DNA of 64,000 nt. It comes from Vitrella brassicaformis CCMP3155. Taxonomy: Eukaryota > Protista > Chromerida. The position numbers and the translations under genes are program-made. The stretch is from NCBI GenBank assembly GCA_001179505.1, contig CDMY01000466.1, positions 305,087 through 369,086 of the forward strand, read 5' to 3'. Below, one piece after another: positions 12,166 through 24,145 of this stretch. A model generated the notes under the pieces. It ran no database searches. It was not told the DNA's origin and worked only from the letters and a program-made list of their open reading frames with translations. Within the stretch, counting starts at the first letter, position 1. Each line of letters starts with the position of its first letter.

Positions 12166-15100
12166 CTATCCCTCCCGCCTCTTGAAGTTGGCCAGCAGCT
12201 GTTCGAGCGCCTTGTCCCACTCCTTGCCAAGCTCCTCCTCTTCCATCTCCTCAGGGGTCCGCTGTGCACCAAGGGGCGGCGCAGCCGGCGGAGGTGGCGC
12301 ACGGGGCTGCTGCTGCTGCTGGTGCTGGGAAGACGATGCTGCCGCTACTGCGACGGCAGGTGGTGCTGGCTGTGGTGGTGGTGGTGGTGTTGGCTTGCTT
12401 GCCCCTCCCCCTCCCCCTCCCCCCAGGAGGTCGAACAGCTGCCTGGACGCCAGGCCGGCGTTGCTCCTGGGGTCCTCCTGCTGGCTTTTGTTGACAAAGA
12501 CGGCGTCGCTCTTGCCCGCCACCGCACCCACGCCGGCGGCGAAGTGCGGCGGGAGATGGTTGCCTCGCGGCACGAATGTGGGGGCATGGGGGTTGAGGCC
12601 GGGAGAGCCTGCGGGTGGGCGAGAAGAAGGTGGCGGGGCGGGGGCGACGGGGGCAGCAGGGTGGGGAGGAAACGGTTGTGGCGCCGTGGTGGGCGACCCA
12701 CCACCGGCTGGCCGACCGTGTGTGAGGATCCTTGGCGGCTCTTGCGGTGCGGCCTGGCGTCCGCCCTGTGCCTGGTTGGCTGCCGCAAACAGCATCTGCA
12801 ACTGCGGGGGGCCATGGAAGCCGCCCCTCGCCGGCGGATGTTGCTGTGGTGCGGCACCCTTAGACATCCCCACGGCCCCTCCACCGCCAAGAAGACTCAG
12901 CAGGTCCTTGCCTGGGTCTGGAGAGGGCTGTGGGGGGAACTGTTGTTGGTGGGGGTGGTGGTAGAAACCGTTGGGATGATGGCCCACACCACCATGGTGC
13001 AGCATGTGGTTGTCGTTGTGTGGGTGTCCGAAGGGCGGGGGAGGGTTGGAGTAGGACCGTTGGGGGCCGCCGTGGCCCTGCGCCTGGGGGAAGTGCAGGT
13101 AGTGGTCGGGCGGGGGCGACTGAGACGGCCGGTGGGACTGCCGATGCCCGTGGGGCTGCCCGCCACGCAGCTGATTTCGCGACTGCTGGGGCGCCGTCAG
13201 CTTGGGGTAAAGCGCCACGATGTGGTTGTAGCTCACCAGGATGCCGCGAAGAGGGGAGCATCGGTCGTTAAGGTCGCTCGCACCTGACACACGTAGGCAG
13301 AAAAGGAGGCAGAATGACGCGTTGCGTCATTGCGCGTGAGACGGTATGGGCACCCACCTAGTGAGGCTTCGTCGAGTAGGACCTCGACCATGGTGTTGTT
13401 TCCCGCGTCGGTGTAGTGGCCCACGACGGTGCCCTGCGAGCCGATGGGCGCCACGCCCCTCTCCTTGACGTACACCACTCGCTGACCCAACATCAGCTTC
13501 GAGTCGAACAACGCCGCTGACACACACAGCCACATCGACACAGAGAGAGGGAGAGGGAGAGGGGGAGGGGTAGGGGGGAGAGATACGTACGAGCCGAGCC
13601 TTGCCCACCTGGTGGCCTGGCGTTTGTTTCCATCTTGAATATGTGTGAGATGCCCGTCATGCGCGGCCGCTGGGGCTCCTCGTTGCCGCGCTCTGCCTCG
13701 AGAAACGTCAAATACGCCTCTACCGCCATCACACCTGTCAGTCAACACACCAACACACATACACATGACTGACGCGTGTGCCCCTCCTCTCCCTGCCCCA
13801 TCACATCAGCGCATGGGTCGACTCGACGCACGTACCGTCCTTTGGAACGCTCTGATACTGCCCCGGGACGACCTTGAGTGTCTTGAAGGGCCGGGAGAGG
13901 CACCAGGAGACCATTTTGTCGAAGGCGTAGGCGGGGTCGGGTTTGTCTCTGAAGACGTCAGAATACTTGACGGCCGAGCTCTTGCCGCCGCTGCGGTTGG
14001 TGAGAGCGTCCTGGAGGGCGCGGAAGAGGCCGGGGAAGGTCTGCCGGTAGAGCTGCATCTCCTCTACCGTCAGATGGGAAAACAGATAGCGTGACGGGCC
14101 GCCTGACACACACACAACACCGAAACAGAGTGTCCGTCCGCAGGTTTCTCGGCTGGGGTGGTTCATGCATTCCGCGTGTGTGCTGTGTTGTGTTGTTGGG
14201 GACCTACCTCGATCGTTCCAGATGATCATGTTGTCGTTTTGGTCTCTGTGCATGGCGGAGTAGCAGGGTAGGCAGAGGGGGTTGCCGTCCTTGTCGTCGG
14301 CCATGAGGTTCATGCCCACGTCCTCGCGCCCCTCCTCCCCTCGCACGTTGACCGATCGGCACAGCCAGGCGCACACCCCCACTGATATACCCACTGCACG
14401 CGCCATCTCGTCCATCGTGTACCACTTCATGTCCTGATTTGAGTGTTGTGCGAAGGAATCAACACACACACACACACACGTGTGAGGGGCTATGGGAGTG
14501 TGTGTAGGGGGTGGGGAGGAGGGTGAGGTTACGTTGACGTGTTTGCGAATGATGTCGAGGACCTTGCTCTGCATCTCGTGCCGCTCGCCGTCGGTGCCCT
14601 TCATGACGTACTCGACAAGCACGTCGCTCCCGTCCTCAGACTTGCCCAAATCAACCACCTGCAACGCACACACGCCTCTCCTTCAGGTGTCTTCCGTGCA
14701 GTCGTGTGTGTGTGCGTGTGTGTGTGTGTGTGTGTGTTACCGATCCAATGGCGCCGAGCATCGGCCCGGCTTGTGTGCAGAGCACTTGGTCGCCGACCTC
14801 CAGGTTGTCCCGCAGGCGTGCTGACCGTGCCTTCTTGGTCAGCTCCGGCGGCGCCTTCGACTGGAACACCGACACAAACGGCGCCAGACGATACACAGTC
14901 TCGCGACGGAATCGGTACGTCCTGCACACACGGATGGATGGATCAAAGACTTTGGGCCGGGTGCCTCTCCCGGCCTGCCTACCTGCCGTTGTCGCCCTCG
15001 ATCGTTTCCTCCGCCTGCTTGACCTCGAGGAGCACATTCTCCGGCAGGGCGGGCTTGCCGCCCCCATTAGCCATCTGCGCCTGCCCGAGGCCATCCACGA

Positions 15101-18100
15101 GCATCCGCGGCAGGTCCCCGCCCTTGACCTTCCCGGTGCGGCACTCGTCCGTGGCGCCCTTGACGAGCAGGTCCATTAGGTCTCGCGTCTGGTGCTTGGG
15201 CTGCGGTGTGGGCCTGACGACGAGGCCCTTTCTCTTGAGGTCGGTGGTGTGCTTCTGCAGCTCCATTGTGAAGTCGCGCGGGTCTGAGTGGCGGAACTCA
15301 CCGTCTTTGGAGAGAAATCCCAGGGGGGACCATATGCCTTGCTGCACGGCACGGACCAACAGACACACAGAGAGAGAAAGGGGTGTAGGGGTGATGATGG
15401 CTTGCTTTCCGCCGCATGGGCGTGGCGTACCAGTTGTGCGACGTGTACGCAGGGGTAGTCAATCTGGAGGGTGTAGGCCTTGAGCAGGCCCATCAGCCGC
15501 TGGTAGCTGTACTCGTCGTCGGGCGTCTTGTCCTGCTCCACCGTCAGGATGATGCCCTTCTGCCGACTCTCGCTCTGGAACACATGGATGCCGCTGCCAA
15601 ACTCGGCCTGCAGCCACCCATCCATCCATCCATCCCATCCACACACTCATCCACGAACAGACAGACGAAGGAAGGCCTTCATCTCTGTCTCTCTCTCACC
15701 GTCACTGATTTGGTGTGGAGGCTGGGGAAGCCCTGGTACGGCAGCTGACACCCCTTGGGCACCCGGTTGGGAAAGGTCTCGGCCCCATGGGGCAGGGGGT
15801 CGTGCTCGTACTCCCTCCTGTTGACAGGGGCGTGGTAGAGGTCGGGGAAGCGCTCCTTGAGGGTCGACTGGAAGAACACGCAGGCCGTCTTGTCGTATCG
15901 GAAGATGAACGCCTTGCGCTGCGTGTTGCGGGCGCGCTCGGCTTCAGTGAGGCGGTGGGTGTGGGGGGGCTGCTCGCTGCGCAGCTGCACGTAGTCCATG
16001 GCCTCGAGCAGCCGGGTCTCTTCGATGAAGGGGATGAGTGTGACGCCGCCCCACGGCACCTGATGACAGACAGACAGGACAGACGGGGGATTGCGCGGGT
16101 CTGCTGTTTGCTACGTATGTCTGTGAGTAGTTGTGTTTGTGCGGGTGGGTGTGTGGTCGATGTACCGTACCTTGACGCCGTCCATGTCAATGTCGAAGGT
16201 CTGTGGGTAGAAGTCACAGATGGGGCTTCGCGGATTCATCATCAAATCGCGATACATCTGAACACTCACCCACAACCACACCCACATCACTCTGACCATC
16301 TTCTCTCTTTCCCCTCCCCCTCCCCCCGCCCGTCCATCCATCCATCTCTCCTACCTCAGGCAGCAGGTAGGCGCACGCCGACGGCAGGACGGCCATGAGC
16401 TGCTGGAAGGGCTTGAAAGGGTGCCCCAGCTCGAACTCTATCTTGGGTGGCGGGTCGTGGATGGACTTCATCCGCAGCGGGCCGTAGTTGAGGAGGTCGA
16501 TCACATAGGGGGGGTAGTGGAAGGGGTAGAACCATATCCACGAGGGCGCCCCGCGGTAGTAGTAGAATAACACCTGCACATCACATAGATAGGACAGGTG
16601 GACGGGAGGGGTGTGTATGTGTGTGGTGGATGGTAGATGGGTGGACAGGTACCCATTGCAGGCCCTCAATGTAGCTCTGCAGGAGGTTGTTGCGCATCTC
16701 CCGGCCCTCGTGCTGGTTCAGATTCATCTTCATCTTGATCCAGTAATACCTGCACGCACACACAGGTGGGCCAATCACTCTTCGTGTGTGTGCATGAGTC
16801 TGAGTGTGACTGCGTGTCTGACCTGGCCCTGACATCTTCAGTGGATGTGGGCGGCCCAGTGAAGTCCCCCGACCGGTCCTCACTCTCATCACCATCCTCT
16901 ACAGCACCCACCTGACACACATCAACCCACACAACCCACCACACAGCACAACGCACACGTCGATCCGCCAATGGTCGATCCATGGCATGGTTCGTGTACC
17001 GTTTTGCGTTTGCCGATGAACCAGGCGTTGTCTTCGAGTTTGGTCTCGAGTGCGTCGTCCTCATGGTCCCTGAAGTGCTCCAGAAACACCACCAGCTGGT
17101 ACCAACACACCTCGCCGCAATTTCGGGTCAGCCACGGGTCGCCGCCGTCCTCATTCCACGTCTGACCGACAGACAGATTCGATTCATCGACATACACGCC
17201 ATCCCATCCACCTCATACAACGGCGCTTCCTTGTCCTCTCTGGCTGTGTGGCCTGGCGGCTGCTGACCGACTGACCTCTAGGTATGTTTTGTACTTCTGC
17301 ATGATCATGCCCAGGCCGCCCTCGCCGATATCGGCGAACTCTAGGTGCGGGAGGAAGTCGTTGCCGGCGAGGAAGCAGAAGAGAATGAAGTCGTCGATGA
17401 CCCGCTCGGGGTCGTACTTGTACTTGAGCTTGGACAGGTATTTGGGGCCGGGACGCATCTCAAGGTCGAGGTACTCGCGGACTAAGGAGATGTGCAGCAG
17501 CTGCAGCTTCTCCTTCTTTGTCAAGACCTACGCGTGCCGGCCACACAAGGACACACACAGACAGACAGACAGATAGGGGTGTGTGTGTGTGTGTGTGTGT
17601 GCATGGCTGGCTGGCTGGCTGGCTCACGCACTCTATGCTCGATGCCCTGTGTCTTTTGTTTGCCGAATATGATTTCCTCCCGTAGCAAAGCGAAGTGCGG
17701 CTCGTGGCTGGCGAGCGAGAGCATGATGAGGTCGGCGTCGAGGCCGTAGAGGCAGTGCCGGGTATTGGGGTCGTAGCCCGGCTGCGCTTTGCTCCGCCGG
17801 ATGAAATCCATTATCTTGTGCTCACCCTCACCTGACCACCACACCACAAACAACAAACATGACACACACATACGTGCATGGATTCCCTCCCTCTCCCTCC
17901 CTCCCTCCCTGCCTCCCTCCTTGAGTCGATTTCTCTCTGCCCGCCCCCCGACCCACCCGGCACATCCGGCCCCGAGAGGATGACGTCGATTCCCTGCCAG
18001 AGAGGGTCCTGCTGTATCTTCTTGAAGACAAAGTACTGTAGGTGTTTGGTGAGCCGGTCCATGAACTCGGTGCCGGGGGTGATGCAGTTGGAGTCGAACC

Positions 18101-18627
18101 GGTTGGAGGTGTCCCCCATGGCCTCGGCCTTCTCCTTGCTCTCCTTGTTGTCCTGCGCCGCCCGGAAGCGCCGCGACCTTTGCTGGTTCATCTTGGCGCG
18201 GGGGGCCACCCCGTCGACGGCCATGTAGATGAGCCGCTTGGGCTTGACAATGTAGAAGAGGTGGTTGATGTACTGAAACACTGACGTCCACACATCCTCC
18301 TCCTTGACGAAACTCTTGCCTGATGTGCACACACAACACACACACACGACACACACAGAGAGAGAGAGAGATCACATGCCATTCACCATGTCTGCCGTCC
18401 AATGCTCTGTGTGTGGTGTGGTATGTGCGTGTGTGTGAGTGTGATTGCGTGTGTGTGTGCGCACCCCCCCCCGCCCCCCTACCGGTGTTTCCATGAGTGC
18501 ATCCGTGAATGATGCCGTTCATGTCCAGGTAGAAGTTGTCGAACTCGGGGATCTGGTCGAACTCTATCTGCTCGTTGATCAAAGGATACCGCTCACTCAG
18601 CCAGCGATAAAAGCGACTGATCCCCAT
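12166..18627 (-). CDS. XRN1: 5'-3' exoribonuclease 1 (XRN1)
   Basis: [115 protein letters not shown]. The long SH3-like region and P/Q/H-rich tail indicate XRN1 rather than XRN2. Confidence 0.95.
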
Positions 18628-19063
18628 GGTGACAGAGGATCAGGAAGAGACAGACAGGTGGGGCGAAGTCAGTCAGTCAGTCAGGGCAGATGAATCGCCC
18701 CGAGAGGTGAAAACACAGACAGGGAGGGCCGCGTCTTGGATGGATCCGCGTGACAGCTGCCCACGCACGGAGGACACCCCTCTCGGGTGGATTGCTTGTC
18801 TTCTACTCGACGCCCGTTCGTCGCGAAAGCTGGTGCTTGGATCACCAACTGCTGTCGTCGCCCCTATGCACTCACCAGCTTCCTCGCTCCTTCTCTCCCT
18901 TTCCACCCCGATCGTGAGCTCGCAAGTGGAGGAGGTTGGTTGCGACTGTTAGGTGCTGCTGACGCCTCGTGTGCCGTGTTTTGGAGAGTTTTGGAGCAGA
19001 GCGTCGAACGTTTGTTGCCATCGCATCCCTGTGTGCTGCCCGTGGCCTCGTTAGTATTCCGGT

Positions 19064-20498
19064 ATGGTGAAGATGGACGGCGGGCAGCCCCAGTACCTCT
19101 TCCAGGTGCCCACCTGCACCCACCGACACATCGCAGCACACCACACCACATGACACTCTGTCTGGTTGGTTGTGCATGTGTGTGGGTGTGTTTGTCTGTG
19201 TGTCATGTCAGGACAACGAGGGGTGGGATCTGGTTGATGCCCTGCCGTACATCGACCCGCTCCCCGCCGACCTGCAGCAGGAGGTCAGGCGGCTCGTCGA
19301 GGAGGAGATGTCCCGCATGCCGCCTCGCGACTACCTCGCGTCGCTCCCCAAGCCCGCCACACCCGTGCTCGACAGCGACCCGGTCATCAAGGGCGAGATG
19401 GAGCGTATCAAGATGCAGCGGCCGATGGCCAAGCTGGACCAGGCGCGGTTGAACGTGGAGGTGCCGTCGGGCGCCAAGGCGGCTGACGTGGGTGAGTGGA
19501 AGAAGTCGCTGGAGAACGCCGAGGCGCAGCTGGAGCACTCGAATGTGCGGATGGTGAACCTGGAGCTGATGCACAAGAACGCACAGAAGGTGTGGCTCAA
19601 CCACCTGCAGCAGCTCGAACACCACCACACCGGGTGAGTGGGTCACTGAGTGAGGGGAAACGTCTGGCAAAGATGGCATGGCTGATCAGATCAGTGCTTG
19701 CCTTGCCGTGCCCTTGTCTGTCTGTGTGGTGTGTATCCGTCCATCCATGATTATGTGCGTGCAGGTTGCAGTCTGATGTGAAGATCCTCAAGCGGGACAT
19801 GGACGAAGTCAACAAACGACGCAAGCTGGACCAGGTGACTTGACTAGTACTGGAAAGTATGGAATGGAACAACTTCGACACACATCAAAACATCGGTCCA
19901 TCAAAACATGTATGTCTGCCTGTCCCCCGTCCGTCTGTCAGGTGTCGTGCGGCAACACTCTTCGCACTCTCGGCCGTGAGTGGGAGGAGCTTGTCGACAG
20001 GTTAGCAGTCATAAGTACGCCGACACAGACAGACCCACCCACAAGAGCGTTCAGGGACGGATTTGCAACCCCCTGGCCTGTCTGGGCTGCGCAGGAATGG
20101 TGAGATTCTGCAGGCCGTGGGTGAGCTCGAGGAGGACGTCGCATGGCGCAAGCGCAAATGCAGAGACCGGTGCGCACAGCACACGGGACAGCGCAGGACA
20201 CACGTGTTTGCGTGTGCAAATCACTGCGGATGTGTCTGTATTGTATTGTGTGTGCAGCGGCATCTTGCCTGACAAGTATCTTCATGACGACGAGCCGATG
20301 GAGGTGGACCCCACGACAGGTGCGCCGCTGGCCAACGGCCCGCGGCCCGCCACTGCCAACACCAACGGCCCCATCGCAGCGCAGCAGGCCAACATGGAGT
20401 TTGCCGAGGGAGAGGACGAGAGCATGATGGACGTCGACCAGGCAGGGTCATCGTACGCCAACGCCAACGGCATGATTGACGCCAATGGCAAGGAGTGA
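19064..20498 (+). CDS. BCAS2: Pre-mRNA splicing factor SPF27/BCAS2
   Basis: LVDALPYIDPLPADLQQEVRRLVEEEM...WKKSLENAEAQLEHSNVRMVNLELM...VNKRRKLDQ, across GT-AG exons. Confidence 0.9.
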
Positions 20499-21086
20499 GG
20501 GGTAGTCGACACAGAATGGGGGGAGGGGAGGGAGGGAGGGATGGGGTTGGTTGAGAGACAGACAGGCTGAGTAAGTGGGGTGGGGGCGTAGTGTACGGCT
20601 TAGCGCGGCGCTGGGCTGTCTGGCTGCTGGTGGGTCGGTGCCTCTCGCTACGCTGCATATGTGCACATCATGATGTGTGTGTGCGTGTGTGTGTGAGTTA
20701 GGACGTCCCTGTGAGTGCGTGTGAGGTTTATGAATGGATCGACGAAAAGTGGCCGGGGAGCTGGGAAGGTGTGTAAGGTGGCTGATTGTTTGCTTAGATG
20801 CTCAGTGCCGGCCGTATGTCAAGTGTGTGGCTGTTTACAATCACATGCAGGGACAGACAGACAGGTGAGCCCTGCCTGCCTGCCTGACACATGAATGAAT
20901 GATTTCTTGAATTGAGCAGGACTCACAAGCAAACGACCAAATCTCAGTTGACACGCACGTGTGAGAGGAAGTCAGCACACACTCATCGCAGAGAGGAAGA
21001 AAGACAGACAGCGGGCAGGGTTCCCCATCAAGGTAGGAAACAAGGCAAGGCTGCCACCCTCCCTCAATGACTGACGTACACTCACT

Positions 21087-22996
21087 TCAACCGACTTGCC
21101 AACTCCACCACCACTCAGCCTCTGATGAGCCCACTGCCCCCCCGTCAAGGTCGTTGAAGGGCTCGGCCGACAGCGGCTGAAAGTCGCCGCTCCTGTCGAT
21201 GTAACCCAGGTGCTGCCACTCGAACAGGCAATCGCAGTCGCCGAGGTGGGTGTTGAAGCCCTTCTCCACACCCTCCAGCTGATACATTGCCACCTCGTCC
21301 AGGCGGGCACGGTGCACCACCTCCCTGAGGCCGAGACGCCGCGGCTTGCTCACCACGTGAGGCGGACGGCTGTCGGCCCCGTCGGCGAGAGCGAAGCACT
21401 GCAGGGGCGGCACGGACACCTTGCTGCGTTTCGCCCCCTGCTCATCCTCCCCCTCTGTGTCTTGCTGCTGCTGCTGCTGCTGCACTGGCCGTGTCCCTCC
21501 GACCACCTCGTTGTTGCTGGCCGCTTGTGTGACGGCTGATACGATGAACTGCCGCATGGCCGCGTGCAGGCGGCCGCCCAGCACGCTGTGGGCCCGCAGC
21601 TTGACGGCCGAGAGGGCGTCGTATGCCTCTCGCTTGTCCCAGCACATGGCGGCGATGTGCCAGGCGATGCTCTCTGCCTCGTTGTCGCCGAAGGACATGC
21701 CAGAAGGGGCGGGGTGGGGGTGGGCGCCGTCATGGTGGGGTGCGACGGGCAGCAGGTGGGTCAGCAGGACCGCCAGTGCGCGGTGTGGCCGCAGGGCTCC
21801 GTTGATGGCAACCATGACGTCGTACCGCAGCTTATTCAGCACCTTGACGTACTCCTTCAGGACCCGCTGACGACGAACAAGGCCTAAGACGGGGTATGCC
21901 CCTATCATTGAGATGTCAGCGCCCGCTCGCAGGAGGGAATGGACGATGAGCGTGTAGTTCTTGATCTTGACTCGACACTCCTCCTTGTTTGTCCCCCTCC
22001 GTCGAAGCTGTCGGCTTTGGCTGACAAGCTCCTCGGCAGCCAGGTAGAGGGGTGTGGCGGTGTGGTGGCCGCACGGTCTGTTGATGTCCTCGACGTCAGG
22101 CACTTCGCGGCAGAGGTAGTCGGCCACATAGGGAGAGCCATATTGTGCCGACAAGTGCAGTGGCGTGTCTGAGAGACCGTCGCCCGCTGGCGTAACGTCG
22201 ACTCCGTATTGCGTCATGAGATCCAGGTAGCCGTTGATGAATTCTGGCGTATACTGGCCCTGTGCCCGCTCGGCCGCGGCCCCGACCAGCTGTCTGCCGA
22301 GCCTGTGTGCTTGATCAGTGGCGAACTCGCTGGAGCTGTGTTGGATGAGGGTGCGGTACGTGAGCAGCAGCCTCTTCTGGTACTCAGTGGGGGGCGGGCG
22401 CAGCGGCCGCGGCAGCTCCATCACCTCGGGCACGTACACGACAGAAAGATCCAATCGCCACACCAGCAGCCTGAAGGCGTCCGTATTGCCAGATGCCACC
22501 GCCATCCACGTGGGCGTGGTCCACTCGAAGACCTCTGTGGCGTCGCTGCCCCTGCCTCCGTCGATGAGGGCGTTGAGGATGCCTCGCTGCAGCCCTCTGG
22601 GCCAACGTGGCAGAGCGACGGGACAATAACCAGTCTCGATGGTTTGGATGGTGTAGTCGCTCCTGTCGTCGATGCACAGGACCAGCATCGAGTACTTGCG
22701 GCCGCGGCTGAAGCTGCCCTTGCGGCGCAGGCGAGGCTTGACATGGGGATCGGCGCCCTGCTTGATGAGCCGGGTCACTTGGCGTTTGCTGGTGAAGCTG
22801 CGGCGGAGGGTTCGCCAGACGAGCTCCTTGGTGGCCTCATTGGTGGTCCTGGGGACCACAGCCTCGAGGTCATCGACGCCTATACAGCCCACCGGCACAG
22901 CACCTGAAGTGAAAGGAAGGCAACACAACACATCAGCACAACACTTTGTCCGATGCTGTTTTGTTCGTTCTCACCGCCAGCCTCATTGCTGTCCAT
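21087..22996 (-). CDS. Ankyrin-repeat protein
   Basis: Short exon 1 (MDSNEAG, ATG 22996) plus a large exon from 22903. Ankyrin-like motifs DTPLHLSAQYGSPYVADYL, TPLYLAAEEL and IVHSLLRAGADIS. Confidence 0.7.
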
Positions 22997-23381
22997 CGTG
23001 TCCTGCGCCCCTCGGTCTAGTGGCGCTTGTTTGCAGAGGCAGGCCAGATCTTCGTGCCGTTGTGGCCGTATGTATCGGCTTACGTATCAGATCTCTGCAG
23101 ACACACAAGCGGCGCGGCGTGTGAACCCTGGGACTGTCACTGCTGTCGCTCGTGAGCTCACCACAAGAGCACTTTGGACACTGCTGGAGAGGAATACCGC
23201 CCTTCTTGTAACGGATCAACCCAATAAGCTTTACTCACCCATTTCCTCGCCACTCTTGCCTCTTTTCCGCTAAGCTCGCAGACGCCAAGCTCGCAAGAGC
23301 GGAGAAGCCGAAACTCCTCTCCAGGTCTACCGGGAGGCAGCTGAGTGACAAACAAGCCATTTGTGTTCAGAGATCAGCGCG

Positions 23382-23794
23382 ATGAACACGGACACGACGC
23401 CGGCCGTCGTCTACATCTGTGGAGGTCAGCAGAAGGAAGGAAGATCCGCCGACACACACATGCACACGCACTCGTGCACGCACGAGAATGCCTTTTGGTG
23501 ATGGATGGAAGATAGACCAAACGGCTCCTGCTCTCATCGCGCCTGTCTGCCTGTGCGTGTGTGTGATTGCTTTGAACAGAGTGTGGTCGTGATGTGGAGC
23601 TGAAGCCCACCGATGCCATCAGGTGTCGTAACTGTGGATGCAGAATACTCTACAAGAAACGGACTCGGAAAAGTAAGGCAAAAGGCACTCATCACATCTC
23701 TCCCTGTGTGAGTGAGTGAGTGAGTGTGCTGTGTGTCATGGCCGTCCGTCTGTCTGTCTGTCTGTCTTCAGTGATGCAATACGAAGCACGCTGA
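23382..23794 (+). CDS. RPB12: Shared RNA polymerase I/II/III subunit RPABC4 (Rpb12), 52 aa; absent from the supplied ORF track
   Basis: Exons 23382-23424, 23580-23672 and 23772-23794 splice in frame to [52 protein letters not shown], the canonical Zn ribbon. Confidence 0.95.
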
Positions 23795-24145
23795 GGACCA
23801 TATCACTCCATGCCGACAGCGGCAGCGGCAAGACCCTCGCTACATTATGCTGAGATTATCATGACGAGTGACAGCAGCTGGCTTTTTCAGTGACTCGTGT
23901 GTTGACTTCGTCGTGTGGTTGTGCGTGGAAATCCTGAGCTGGTGCATTCGAAGTGCCGTCAAGCTTGTACAGCCGCCACAGATCGTCAAATGCCATTACA
24001 GCGCCATTAGTGACTATATACGACGAACACACACCCCTCCCTAGTCAGCTACAGCTGAGTACTCCAACCACAGCCGACTAACCTACCCGGCCTTTCACTC
24101 GAACACTCATCCCTCCCTCCATCCATCCATCATTCACTCATTCAT

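Noticed and set aside
12082-13287. 401-aa plus-strand ORF
   Set aside because: Antisense shadow of the GC-rich XRN1 last exon; similar shadows occur across the window.
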